Counted from the stretch's first letter, positions 47,498 to 57,820 are shown. The stretch: DNA of 64,000 nucleotides from Candidatus Melainabacteria bacterium 17Bon1m (GCA_032128875.1 JAVLKG010000002.1:928001-992000); one strand, 5' to 3'. Made by a program: numbers and translations. The notes: generated from the sequence alone by a model not told the origin.

Positions 47498-50305
47498 ATG
47501 GAAAACGCAAGCAAAGAACGAATAAAGATCGCCGGCACTTATAAAAACGATCTTTTCTGTCTCCTTTGCCTGACAGTTTTTGTAATTGCTATTTTCTCCA
47601 GCACAATTTTTTCCGGCAAGGATATTTCTCGAATTGGCACTGTTGCACATCGAGACACGCTCTTTGGGCGCCTGGCGAAAGGCACTCCCGATCCGATGGA
47701 TACTTGCACGTATCAAGAACATGCGCCGAATTATCTGCTGACTGAAAGGATAATTGCCGGTGGTGATTTGCCGCTTTGGAATCCATATTTGGGCTTTGGC
47801 TGTCCGCTCTGGGCAGACTCTCAAGTTCTCGCATTCTCTCCGATAACCTGGCTGCAAGCGCCTTTTGCGTCGATGCGATTGTATAACTTGCTGATGGTTG
47901 TTCATATTTGGCTGGGTTGCCTATTTGCATATTCGTTTGCGCGCTTATTAAAACTTTCCCCACCAGCTTCTTTGCTCGCATCCATGTCTTATGGCTTGTG
48001 TCCAAACCTGCTCTACATGTTCGAGTGGAATCGCTGTCAGAGTGCCTTCTTTCCACTCCCCTTTTTTGGATTTGCCTTGTTATGGCGATACTCAACTTCT
48101 CTTTCGATTGTTGTCTGTGCCCTTTCATGCACTGCAATGGTGGTGTCTGGTCATGCGGTGCCAAGTTTCTTTGCAATTTTTCTGGCCTCCGTTATGTACT
48201 TTTCGCTATCTCTTGGGGAGCCTCAAACCCAGGCTGGGTCAGGCTTTGTGAGGCTGCCGCGAATTGCCTGTAATTTTATTTCGGTAGGCATAATTACCCT
48301 TCTTCTTTCGGCTCCATTTGTAGTACCGTTTTTGGAAGGTGTGCGTGCATCCGATACATTCAAAGCAACGCAGGGTTATGTTCGATACATTGTGCGAGCT
48401 TCGGCGCTGTTACCTTCGCTTTTTTATCCTTTCCATGGGGCTGGAAGTGTCTATGCCGGTGCGATTTCGATAATTCTTGCTGTGAGCGCCCCGTTTGTTT
48501 CCCGCCGCAATCGAAGGCTCGTCCTCCTTCTTTCAGGGGTGGCTCTTTTTATAATTTGTATTTTGACTAGACCGGGTCCGTTCGACATAGTGTTCCAATT
48601 GCCATACTTGAACTGGTTCATGGTTTTGTATGCTTTGCCTGCGCTGCTGCTATTCATCGCTGTATTAGCAGGTGCAGGCTTTGATGCACTGCTAGAAGAA
48701 GACTCTCGCTTACGCTCTGCAGCAATAATTTTTGCAGTTGCTCTACTTGCCATTGCTATGCCAACTATTTTTCAAAATATGCATTTAACTGCCAAATTTA
48801 CTCTATTGAATGATTGGGTTAAAACAATGGAAGTGAGCTCGGCTGTTCGCATTCGCGAGCTTATTATCATTGTAATTTTCTTGTCAGTTGTTTTTTCGCT
48901 ATCTAAATGTCCTGCAAATTTGAGAAGCAAACTGATACTTTGCCTGATTGTTTTGAACGCTGTAAGTTTGTCGTTTACCATTCGCAAGTCACTGCCGGCT
49001 CGCCCTGCATTCGCTTACGAGGCAGTGGAACCGCTCGGCTTTCTCCGGTCGCAAGGACGGCGCGTGATCAGTATGGGCAGACATGTGCTCGTGCCGAATA
49101 CGAGTCAGATTTTTTCCGTCTCTAATGTTCTTTCGTTTATGCCGACGCACCCGAAGGGTGTTCCGTCATTTTTAGAAGCGATGGGAATCACTCTTGAGGG
49201 TGTGAGCCAGTTTGCTGAAAAGCCGCTGACCAGGCTTGTTGATATCGGTGCTGTCAAGTATGCAGTAGCCAGTGAGCCGGTTCTCTCTGCAGAGGATAAA
49301 TTGCCTGAGGCAGTCGGTGTGTCTGTGAATGGTGGCATCAGTTTCAGTTCGCATGTAAATCTTGTCGGCTACGGACTACAACTGGACGCAAGCAATCAGG
49401 ATATTGTCGGCAGGTTGAAGTGGAAACTATCGAGCGTCCGCGAAAAGTCGTCCGCCGTATTTATGGTTATGTTGCTAAAACCTGATGGTTCCGTTCTTTG
49501 GATTGGCGACCGCCATTCGATTGATGAAGCTAAAGAATCATATGTCACAGCATCTATACCAAAATCGGTGAAACCTGGCGATGAAGTTTGCTTGATTATG
49601 CAGGTGCTCGATTTATCTAGTATGAAGCTTCTATCGGCTTCAAATGCGCCAGCAAGCATGCAGTTCTTGCCCAGTCCAAATTCTCTTTTGCTGGGACGAT
49701 TTAAAGTGCCGGAGAAAGCCCCATCTACCAATCGGCAATTTCGGCTTGTCCATGAGACGGCACCAGAGATGGTGCGCGTGTACGAGAATAAATCTTGTTT
49801 GCCTGAAGCTTACATGGTCACCGCGACACATACGGTGGGCTCGATTGAAGAAGCTTTGTCGCAGATGTTGAAGCCCGGGTTTGATCCAAAGACTGTCGCT
49901 GTAGTTGAGGGATCAGATATTCGGTCATCAGGTCTGAAACCTGGTGAAGCGAATACATCCGGTGCAACCCTTATCGAAGCGAAAGTGAGTCGCTCAGGAG
50001 TCAACGAGGTACTCGTCGAAGCAGAGCCAAAACAGCCATCGTTGCTTGTTCTTACTGATGTCTGCTTTCCTGGCTGGCGGGTAACTATTGACGGGAGGGA
50101 TGCTCCAATCATTCGTGCTAACGGAGTGTTTCGGGGCGTTTTTCTTGAGGCTGGCCATCATAAACTGCGATTTTTCTTTGACCCAATCAGCGTCAAGATC
50201 GGTTTTGCAATGTTTTTCCTAGGGCTTATATTTGTTCTTTTTCTTTTGCGTCCATTGCGAAGTTTCACAAAAAAGCCCTTGGACAGTGGGCCTGAGCCTT
50301 CCTGA
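47498..50305 (+). CDS. YfhO-like GT-C integral membrane glycosyltransferase
   Basis: PLWNPYLGFGCPLWAD motif, multiple TMs, C-terminal PGWRVTIDG...RANGVFRGVFLEAGHH signature. Confidence 0.8.
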   Translation: MENASKERIKIAGTYKNDLFCLLCLTVFVIAIFSSTIFSGKDISRIGTVAHRDTLFGRLAKGTPDPMDTCTYQEHAPNYLLTERIIAGGDLPLWNPYLGFGCPLWADSQVLAFSPITWLQAPFASMRLYNLLMVVHIWLGCLFAYSFARLLKLSPPASLLASMSYGLCPNLLYMFEWNRCQSAFFPLPFFGFALLWRYSTSLSIVVCALSCTAMVVSGHAVPSFFAIFLASVMYFSLSLGEPQTQAGSGFVRLPRIACNFISVGIITLLLSAPFVVPFLEGVRASDTFKATQGYVRYIVRASALLPSLFYPFHGAGSVYAGAISIILAVSAPFVSRRNRRLVLLLSGVALFIICILTRPGPFDIVFQLPYLNWFMVLYALPALLLFIAVLAGAGFDALLEEDSRLRSAAIIFAVALLAIAMPTIFQNMHLTAKFTLLNDWVKTMEVSSAVRIRELIIIVIFLSVVFSLSKCPANLRSKLILCLIVLNAVSLSFTIRKSLPARPAFAYEAVEPLGFLRSQGRRVISMGRHVLVPNTSQIFSVSNVLSFMPTHPKGVPSFLEAMGITLEGVSQFAEKPLTRLVDIGAVKYAVASEPVLSAEDKLPEAVGVSVNGGISFSSHVNLVGYGLQLDASNQDIVGRLKWKLSSVREKSSAVFMVMLLKPDGSVLWIGDRHSIDEAKESYVTASIPKSVKPGDEVCLIMQVLDLSSMKLLSASNAPASMQFLPSPNSLLLGRFKVPEKAPSTNRQFRLVHETAPEMVRVYENKSCLPEAYMVTATHTVGSIEEALSQMLKPGFDPKTVAVVEGSDIRSSGLKPGEANTSGATLIEAKVSRSGVNEVLVEAEPKQPSLLVLTDVCFPGWRVTIDGRDAPIIRANGVFRGVFLEAGHHKLRFFFDPISVKIGFAMFFLGLIFVLFLLRPLRSFTKKPLDSGPEPS

Positions 50306-50474
50306 ATCGCTCGAGCGAGTGTCGAATAATTTCTTGCTGTGGTGCCGGCCTCCCTCGATAGCTGGTTCCCCTCTTGCGACTAAGCCGCTAGAATAAAGAT
50401 AGGTAGTAAAGGCATCCGGTTTCCTGTTTTTATTTTTGAATTGGGCTCTGCTCCGAGCGAGTGAACCTTTTAGT

Positions 50475-50948
50475 ATGACCGGCTCCGATAACCACACACC
50501 AGAAGAAAGGCTGCAAAGAGCCTTGTCCACGCTTGAAGAGATGGTCGGCGAAGACCATCCACATACGGTTTTAGCCCGAATGCGCCTGGGTGATTACTAT
50601 TACGAGAATGCTCAGTACACCCGATGTAAACCGTTTTACACGACCGTTTTAGAAAAATACAGCCAAATTTACGGTCCAGACACTATCGAGACCGCCATGG
50701 CTACTCATAAGTTGGCTTTGCTCTATCATGCTTTGGAGCAATATGACAAAGCTGAGCCCCTATACAATGAGGCTCTTCGCGTTCTTAGAATCGAGCGAGG
50801 CGACTATCACCAAGATGTGCTCGGTGTTTTGAAAGATCTGGCTACGATGCTCCAGATGATGAACCGCGATGAAGAGGCTCAAGAGCTCCTGAATTTTGCG
50901 CAGGACCATTTGTCTGGTCGCTGGAAAACCATTCCCTACGAGGCTTAG
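50475..50948 (+). CDS. Small TPR protein (kinesin-light-chain-type repeats)
   Basis: GEDHPHT, LALLYHALEQYDKAEPLYNEAL, GDYHQDV. Confidence 0.85.
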   Translation: MTGSDNHTPEERLQRALSTLEEMVGEDHPHTVLARMRLGDYYYENAQYTRCKPFYTTVLEKYSQIYGPDTIETAMATHKLALLYHALEQYDKAEPLYNEALRVLRIERGDYHQDVLGVLKDLATMLQMMNRDEEAQELLNFAQDHLSGRWKTIPYEA

Positions 50949-51019
50949 CGGGTTTTTGCCCGTATTTGGACCCTAATAGCACTTCTAGAAGTTAAACGGA
51001 TAACGATTAAACTTCTAGG

Positions 51020-51826
51020 TCAACTTTGGGGCTGGCTCGACTCTTCTTTTTCAAGCCTGGTAAGGACTTCCACTAATTCGTCGTGGATTTTACCGTTGGT
51101 AGCCAGGATGTGTCCGGTGGCAATATCGAGCGGGCCGCCGGCAAGGTTGCTTACCTTTCCGCCTGCTTCCTCGACAATCAAGCTTCCGGCTCCGATGTCC
51201 CAGGGCGCAAGCTTCATTTCCCAGAATCCATCCAGTCTTCCTGATGCGACATAGCACAGGTCGAGAGCGGCTGAGCCATCCCTGCGCACGCCGTGAGTTT
51301 GATCGGTAAGAGTCTTGAATTGAAGGATATTGGTTCGCAAAGCTTTGCTCGTGTCTGGTGGAAACCCGGTGGCAAGCAGGCTGGTTTGCAGGTCTTTAGC
51401 ATCGGACACAAACAATCGCTCATCATTGAGATAAGCTCCCTGACCGGGCTCGGCTGCAAACAATTCATCGGTCATGGGGTTATAGACAATGCCTAGAATG
51501 CGCTTGCCTTCTTCTTCCAGTCCAATTGAAACCGAGAAAAACGGATAGGTGTGGGCGTAATTTGTCGTGCCATCCAAAGGGTCGATAAGCCAGCGTCTTT
51601 TGGACGTCTGTCCTTTGGTGAAGCCGCTTTCTTCTGCAAGCACGTCGTCTTCAGGAAATTCGTCTTTGATGATGGAGAAAATCTTTGCTTCTGATGCTTT
51701 ATCGACGTCGGTGACGATGTTGTAAGCGGCTTTGTAATCTATTACTCGGACATCCCCAAGTCTCTCTTTGAGGATTTTGCCGGCTTCCAAAGCTGCTCTT
51801 GTCGCTATCTTTCGTGCGTTTTTCAA
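51020..51826 (-). CDS. suhB: Inositol monophosphatase family protein
   Basis: WLIDPLDGTTNYAH, RRDGSAALDLCYVA, WDIGAG. Confidence 0.93.
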   Translation of the reverse strand: MKNARKIATRAALEAGKILKERLGDVRVIDYKAAYNIVTDVDKASEAKIFSIIKDEFPEDDVLAEESGFTKGQTSKRRWLIDPLDGTTNYAHTYPFFSVSIGLEEEGKRILGIVYNPMTDELFAAEPGQGAYLNDERLFVSDAKDLQTSLLATGFPPDTSKALRTNILQFKTLTDQTHGVRRDGSAALDLCYVASGRLDGFWEMKLAPWDIGAGSLIVEEAGGKVSNLAGGPLDIATGHILATNGKIHDELVEVLTRLEKEESSQPQS

Positions 51827-51923
51827 AATTTGAGATTCTCTTTTGATGTAATGGGGTGCCGAAAAGCCTCTAAATTCGCTTGTAGTTTACTCGACGGCCG
51901 GACAAGTCGATATAAGAAACATT

Positions 51924-52092
51924 AACCGGCATGCCTAGCCGCTTGACGATTATCCGGCCAGCTAATTATGCTGGTGAATCTCGCTGCAATTGATGCGGCG
52001 ACCGTTCGCTTGTCAGTATGAGTTTTGCGCAAATGTTCACCCAGCAGGCAATTTCGGCGATTATTATCCTTGATTGAGGCTGGCTGCAGGTT
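51924..52092 (+). ncRNA. Candidate 6S RNA (ssrS-like) or structured ileS leader
   Basis: Long rod: AACC/GGTT, CTAGCC/GGCTGG, ~10-12-nt central bubble, TGCTGG-TGAA/TTCA-CCAGCA, branched apex with TCGCTGCA/TGCGGCGA. TATAAG just upstream and an intrinsic terminator downstream. Confidence 0.55.
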
Positions 52093-52104
52093 CAAAGATT
52101 GACT

Positions 52105-52141
52105 GCCGCCGGTTGGGTTAGACTGGCGGTTCGTTTTTTTT
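52105..52141 (+). terminator. Intrinsic terminator upstream of ileS
   Basis: GCCGCCGGTT-N6-GACTGGCGGT stem (with G-U pairs) followed by TCG and T8. Confidence 0.75.
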
Positions 52142-52194
52142 GACCCAGCGCAAACCAAGTAGCAACTAGTCACAGAGACTCCGGAGCACAAACC

Positions 52195-55014
52195 ATGAGT
52201 GATTACAGCTTGAATCTCCCTCAAACAGACTTTCCGATGAAGGCCAACAGTGCCGTCAGGGAAGTTGAGATTCAAAAGCGTTGGGATGCCGATGACGTAT
52301 ACGCCAAAGCCATGAAGAAGCGAGAATCGAGCGATAAATTCGTATTGCATGATGGACCGCCTTATTTGAGCAGCAGCAAAATTCACATCGGTACCGCACT
52401 GAATAAAGTGCTCAAAGACATCGTCTGCAAGTACAAAAATCAAAAAGGCTTCTATTCGCCTTATGTACCTGGATACGACAGCCACGGCTTGCCAATCGAG
52501 AACGCTGCACTCAAAGATGTGAAGGGTGGCAGGCACTCCATCACTCCGGTCGAATTGCGAAAACGCTGCAGAGAATTTGCTTTGTCTAATTTGAAAGGGC
52601 AGGAAGCAAACTTCCGCAGATTGGGCGTCTGGGGCGATTGGGAGCATCCTTATATAACCCTTGATCAAAAATTTGAAGCCGCGCAAATTCGCGTCTTCGG
52701 ACAGATGGCGACCAAGGGCTTCCTCTACAAAGGTCTAAAATCAGTGTCGTGGTGTCCCACTTGCGAAACCGCACTGGCTGAAGCTGAAGTTGAATATGCC
52801 GATCATAAATCGAATTCGATCTATGTAAAATTCGAAGTCGCTCCGCAGTCCAGAGCGAAGTTGCCGAAATTTATCAAGGATGAAGATCAAGTCAATTTCG
52901 TCATCTGGACAACCACTCCCTGGACACTTCCTGCCAACTTGGGCGTGGCTCTGCATCCTGATTTCAACTATCAATTCTTGAAGACGAAAGATCACGGAGT
53001 GCTAGTTGTTTCCGAAGGGCTGAAAGATGCTTTCTTGAGCACGACCGGTGTTGGTGACGTGGAAGTGCTTGGCGATGCGCTAGGCAAAGAGCTCGAACTA
53101 ATCGAGACAAAACATCCATTTATCGATCGCACCAGCCTTGTCGTGTTGGGCGGCCACGTGACCAATGAAACAGGTACCGGCGTCGTTCACACTGCGCCCG
53201 GACACGGTCCTGAAGACTTCGAGTTGGGTGCTAAGTACAAACTGGGAGTCGTTTCGCCAGTTGATGAGCGAGGCATCTTCACCGATGAAGCCGGCCAATT
53301 CAAAGGGCAGTTCTACGAAAAGGCTAACCAACCCATTCTCGATCACCTCACTGAATTGGGCAAACTGATCCATCACAGCACATATAGTCACAGTTATCCG
53401 CACTGCTGGCGGTGCAAAAAACCACTGATTTTCAGAGCTACAGAACAATGGTTTGCGTCGGTTGATGGTTTCAGAAAAGATGCATTGAAAGCTATCGACA
53501 GCGTGCAATGGATTCCGGAGTCAGGTCGCAATCGTATCTTCAATATGGTGGAAAACCGTTCCGACTGGTGCATCAGCCGTCAGCGTGCCTGGGGTGTTCC
53601 AATCCCTGTCTTCTATTGCGAAAAATGCAATAAGCATTTGATGACTGCTGAAAGTATCGAAAAGGTTGCTGCGGCATTCGAAAAATACGGCTCTGATTCG
53701 TGGTGGGAAAAGTCGCCGAGAGAACTGATTGGTGATCTCAAATGCGAGTGCGGTCATGGTGAATTCCGCAAGGAAAGCGACATCATGGATGTTTGGTTCG
53801 ATTCTGGAACCACATGGCATGGTGTTCTGGACATGCGCAAAGATCAATTGAGAGGCGCACCATGCGAACTTTATTTGGAGGGTTCGGATCAGCACCGCGG
53901 ATGGTTCCAATCTTCTTTGCTGACTTCCGTGGCGGTTAGCGGAAAGGCACCATATAAGACCGTTTTGACTCATGGCTTCGTTGTTGATGAAACAGGCAGA
54001 AAGATGTCCAAATCGATGGGCAATGTCGTTGAGCCCGATGAAGTAATCAAACAGTACGGTGCCGACGTACTCAGACTCTGGGTTGCTTCGGTTAACTACA
54101 CCGATGACATTCCGATCGGCAAAAACATGCTTGCCCAGTTGGCTGAGGTTTATCGCAAACTGCGCAACACGGCGCGTTACTTGCTCGGTAATTTGAGTGA
54201 TTTCAATCCCAAGACCGACCGTGTCGCTTATGAAAAACTATCGCCAATTGATCAGTTCATCTTGCACAGACTAAGCAGTCTTGTGAAGGAAGTAACTGAA
54301 GATTTCGACCGCTTCGAATTCTTCAAGTACTATCAACTTCTGCAGAATTTTTGCGTAGTTGATCTTTCCAGCTTCTACTTCGATATCGCCAAAGACAGGC
54401 TCTACACGGGTGGTAAGACTTCCGAGTCGAGACGTGCAGTGCAAACAGTGCTGGAAGAAGTACTTTTGACTCTGGTGCGTATCATTGCTCCGGTCGCGCC
54501 CCACCTTGCCGATGACATCTGGCAGCATTTGCCTGAAGCAATCAGAAAATTCGAAGCAACTGAAACCAGTGTTTTGCTTACGGATTTCCCGGTCGCTCAA
54601 GCACGCTATGTTGATGAAACTCTTTCTCAATTGTTCGAATCTCTCATCGATGTTCGTGAGACCGTCAATAAAGCGTTGGAGCAAGCACGTGCGGATAAGA
54701 AAATCGGCAAGTCGACCGAGGCTCAAGTTCTCATCGCCATTGAAAACGCCGAGTTGAGAAAGAAAGTTGAATCTCTTGGCTCTGATTTGCCGGGCTTTTT
54801 CATCACTTCGCAAGCTACTGTGCAAGCGGAAGTGAATGGAAAGGCTTCAGGAACACGCTTGTCCGAGGTGAAGGAAAACGGCTTGACAGTTGTCGTTTTC
54901 AACGCCGAAGGTACGAAGTGTGCGCGTTGCTGGAAATTCAAAACTGAAGTTGGCAGCTTGAAAGAAAATCCTGAGCTTTGCACGTCCTGCCTGGAAGCGC
55001 TCAAAGAGAGCTAA
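52195..55014 (+). CDS. ileS: Isoleucine--tRNA ligase (type 1)
   Basis: LHDGPPY, HIGT (HIGH variant), WTTTPWT, DWCISRQR, EGSDQHRGWF, KMSKS, C-terminal zinc finger CARC...CTSC. Confidence 0.98.
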   Translation: MSDYSLNLPQTDFPMKANSAVREVEIQKRWDADDVYAKAMKKRESSDKFVLHDGPPYLSSSKIHIGTALNKVLKDIVCKYKNQKGFYSPYVPGYDSHGLPIENAALKDVKGGRHSITPVELRKRCREFALSNLKGQEANFRRLGVWGDWEHPYITLDQKFEAAQIRVFGQMATKGFLYKGLKSVSWCPTCETALAEAEVEYADHKSNSIYVKFEVAPQSRAKLPKFIKDEDQVNFVIWTTTPWTLPANLGVALHPDFNYQFLKTKDHGVLVVSEGLKDAFLSTTGVGDVEVLGDALGKELELIETKHPFIDRTSLVVLGGHVTNETGTGVVHTAPGHGPEDFELGAKYKLGVVSPVDERGIFTDEAGQFKGQFYEKANQPILDHLTELGKLIHHSTYSHSYPHCWRCKKPLIFRATEQWFASVDGFRKDALKAIDSVQWIPESGRNRIFNMVENRSDWCISRQRAWGVPIPVFYCEKCNKHLMTAESIEKVAAAFEKYGSDSWWEKSPRELIGDLKCECGHGEFRKESDIMDVWFDSGTTWHGVLDMRKDQLRGAPCELYLEGSDQHRGWFQSSLLTSVAVSGKAPYKTVLTHGFVVDETGRKMSKSMGNVVEPDEVIKQYGADVLRLWVASVNYTDDIPIGKNMLAQLAEVYRKLRNTARYLLGNLSDFNPKTDRVAYEKLSPIDQFILHRLSSLVKEVTEDFDRFEFFKYYQLLQNFCVVDLSSFYFDIAKDRLYTGGKTSESRRAVQTVLEEVLLTLVRIIAPVAPHLADDIWQHLPEAIRKFEATETSVLLTDFPVAQARYVDETLSQLFESLIDVRETVNKALEQARADKKIGKSTEAQVLIAIENAELRKKVESLGSDLPGFFITSQATVQAEVNGKASGTRLSEVKENGLTVVVFNAEGTKCARCWKFKTEVGSLKENPELCTSCLEALKES

Positions 55015-55178
55015 GTCGAGGCTCAGACTTTCAAGGCGTCTGATATAGATGTCACCTGGGATCTTCATCCGGCAAGCTTGGGGAAAACCTCATTGTGCAA
55101 GCCTGACTTCGTATTGATTTAGGGGTATAAATAAGTTGTGACCTCAGGTTTGTCCCGCGCTCTTCAAGTAGTGAAGTC

Positions 55179-56951
55179 TTGTCAAAAGACGATATAGAAA
55201 GCCAAGTCAAAAAATGTCGCGAGCAGCTCAAGGATGCTCAGGATTTCTATTGGCAATCACGATTTCAAGAGTCTGAAGCACTGTACAAAGAGTGTCTGGC
55301 TAAGCTTGATCACATCTTCCCCGGCTACAGTCCTGAGACCGCAACCTGTTTGCAAGGATTGGGCGACACATATTATTTCCAGAGTCGCTACCTGGCAGCC
55401 TTAGACCACTACAAGCGCCTTCTCTCCATGCGCGAAAGACTGGCCGCCAATGATCCGCAAGGATTGGTTACGGCTCTCATAAAAATGGCCAAGACTTCCG
55501 AAAAGCTCAATGAGCCGGAAGAAGCATTGCGTTTCTACAGAAGAGCTTTGGAAGTCGCTCAAGTTTCTCTCTTTATCGGACATCCGGTTTTGACTAGTTT
55601 GCTCGAGTCATACCATGCCTTTTTGAAACGTTCTCAAGGCGATTCGGGTATGGCGGCCGATATCGAGAAAAAGTTGAAAATGTCTCGGGAGAGATACACA
55701 GAAGAAGAGCTTTCCAAAATCATGGGCAGCCCGGACAAACAGGCTCAGGGGCGCAATGCTCCGCAAGAGCCTGTTGAGGAAGAAGCTCATATAGTCGATG
55801 TCGACCATCCTCTGTATGAAGGCAAGGTGCCAAATAACAGCATTATGGGTGTGGTCTGGATCGTTGTCGTCGTGGTGGCAGTGATCTCCATGGCTGGTGC
55901 AGGTGTTTATTTCGGCGCCCAACTCGGCGAAGGTCCTCAGTATGCCTGTGTGAAAACAGGTCAGAAATTTTTGACACTTGATGAAGACAAACAGATCAGT
56001 GTTGGTTCCAACAACAGCGTTGATATGACGCTGAACGGAACAACCAGTAAAGTCAATTGCCGCACATTGAGCAATCCTGCTAGCGGATTGATGTTTGCGA
56101 TTACCGATTTCGCAGGCAAACAGCCGCTCTATGTGAAAACCCCCGAGGTTATTTCAGATCCTGCCGGGGTCTTACTCTACGCCAGTGATGCGCCTGAGTG
56201 GCAGACTATTCAAGCGATGAAGGGAGTAGCCTCCACCATCAAGCTCTATGTGACTAAAAACAAGAAAATGCCGGAGCAACTGGAAGAGCTTATCGAGTTA
56301 AAAAACCCCGAGTATCATAATCCCTTCTCCGGGATGCGGAATTTACCGGCAGTCTCTTCCGGTACATATGGTCCAGAAGGCAATGTAGAAAAGGTTCAAG
56401 AAGCGCTGGTAGCAACAAAGCAGCTTGATACCAGAAAGCTGGATCCAAAACTCCTGACACTTTCTCTGCCGAAAGTCGTGTCACCAGGGGCGGTGCTGGC
56501 GATTTGCTTGCAGGGTGATGACAAAAAACCTTCCTCATTTTTTGTCGTCGGTGCGGACCGCACAGGACAGCTCTTTCGCAACTGTGACAATACGGGCGCA
56601 CTGGTTTTGAGAGGTGAGCCGGACGGCACTTCTCACTTCGTGTGCCCGCTTACATTGCACAAAGATTTGCCCAGGGAAAATTCCATTGTCGTCTCGATTC
56701 GCTCGAGCAAAAGATTTGCCACCTTGCTTGGCATGGTAATTGCAGACGTGGTTTTGATTATTCCGATCATCGTCGGATGGATTGTTCTTCAGAACTTTAC
56801 GGATAACACAATGATTGGTTACGGCACGATGAGCCAGAAAACCAAGAAGATTAAGGGCGCCAGATGGATTTACTTCCCGTTTGTTATGCTGTACATCGCA
56901 TACACGCTTCTGGTTCTCGGTGAGTTTGTTATTGGTGGCATCATTCCGTAG
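55179..56951 (+). CDS. Membrane protein with N-terminal TPRs, extracytoplasmic domain and C-terminal TMs
   Basis: Three TPR-like repeats, TM IMGVVWIVVVVVAVISMAG, two C-terminal TMs. Confidence 0.75.
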   Translation: MSKDDIESQVKKCREQLKDAQDFYWQSRFQESEALYKECLAKLDHIFPGYSPETATCLQGLGDTYYFQSRYLAALDHYKRLLSMRERLAANDPQGLVTALIKMAKTSEKLNEPEEALRFYRRALEVAQVSLFIGHPVLTSLLESYHAFLKRSQGDSGMAADIEKKLKMSRERYTEEELSKIMGSPDKQAQGRNAPQEPVEEEAHIVDVDHPLYEGKVPNNSIMGVVWIVVVVVAVISMAGAGVYFGAQLGEGPQYACVKTGQKFLTLDEDKQISVGSNNSVDMTLNGTTSKVNCRTLSNPASGLMFAITDFAGKQPLYVKTPEVISDPAGVLLYASDAPEWQTIQAMKGVASTIKLYVTKNKKMPEQLEELIELKNPEYHNPFSGMRNLPAVSSGTYGPEGNVEKVQEALVATKQLDTRKLDPKLLTLSLPKVVSPGAVLAICLQGDDKKPSSFFVVGADRTGQLFRNCDNTGALVLRGEPDGTSHFVCPLTLHKDLPRENSIVVSIRSSKRFATLLGMVIADVVLIIPIIVGWIVLQNFTDNTMIGYGTMSQKTKKIKGARWIYFPFVMLYIAYTLLVLGEFVIGGIIP

Positions 56952-56965
56952 CGAGCCGCGCTTCC

Positions 56966-57814
56966 ATGCGAAAAAAGGCTGCAAAAGCGGATCAATCTGA
57001 TATCAGCGGTCATCTCGAAATTGACCGTTGGGTTGCTGATGCAAGCGACGAACCAACTGACCTTGCCGATATTTATCTGGCGGCGCATGACTCTGCGCTC
57101 AGTGCTGATGTGCGCGCGCTTCTCTTTCTTATCTATGGTTCTCGATCTGCCGGTAAGTGCCGGAGGCAGCCGAGTTTCGCAGATAATGAGAGATGGTTGC
57201 GCAGAGCATTTTACTTTGGACTTAAGTATGGAATGCCGCCACAGCCTAAAGTAATCGCGCGCATCCTCGAGTACGAAGAAGGTTTGGACCTTTCGGTCGC
57301 TTATGTTCGCGAATGCGATGCAGCACCAGTTTTCAAAATTCGTGAGAAGCTGGGATTAGAGCTTCTGGAGAGCGGAATGGATGCTCCAGGTCTGATTTCG
57401 CTTTGCCGTGCCTTGCATGCAATTGAACCGCTTTCAGAGCGCCTTCTGGATGCCTCTGAGGAGATTGAAATGATTTTGCCTCATATGCGGCAGGTGGAAG
57501 AGCCAAAAGCCATTAAAGTGCGAAGAGAGCAGGTTGATCGCCTGGCAGTTCTAATCGGCGAATACATGCTGCGCACCCGCTCTACAAAAGTGGTCATCCT
57601 GCTTGCTGGTTTTATCAATACGATGCTGGCTACAGCGCCGTTGACTTCACAGTTGGTAAGAACGATTGAGCGCGCGCTTGCGGAATTTCTCAGTTTTGAC
57701 GATGCCAAACTTGCCGATTGTTTGAAAATTGAAATCGATCAAGATAGAGGGAAGGTTATTTCCAGCCTGAAGGAAGTTGTTCAAATTCTCGAACGTGCAA
57801 AGCGTGACAACTAG
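56966..57814 (+). CDS. Hypothetical helical protein
   Basis: 282-aa ORF 14 nt after the previous gene; no recognisable motif. Confidence 0.6.
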   Translation: MRKKAAKADQSDISGHLEIDRWVADASDEPTDLADIYLAAHDSALSADVRALLFLIYGSRSAGKCRRQPSFADNERWLRRAFYFGLKYGMPPQPKVIARILEYEEGLDLSVAYVRECDAAPVFKIREKLGLELLESGMDAPGLISLCRALHAIEPLSERLLDASEEIEMILPHMRQVEEPKAIKVRREQVDRLAVLIGEYMLRTRSTKVVILLAGFINTMLATAPLTSQLVRTIERALAEFLSFDDAKLADCLKIEIDQDRGKVISSLKEVVQILERAKRDN

Positions 57815-57820
57815 CGCTAA

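Noticed and set aside
51924-52141. T-box riboswitch upstream of ileS
   Set aside because: No UGGNACC T-box bulge or recognisable specifier stem; kept only as a 6S or novel attenuator candidate.
51922-52686. 254-aa minus-strand ORF and other long antisense ORFs (e.g. 2623..3357, 44082..45053, 45114..45929)
   Set aside because: They shadow well-supported genes on the opposite strand and show no recognisable protein motifs.
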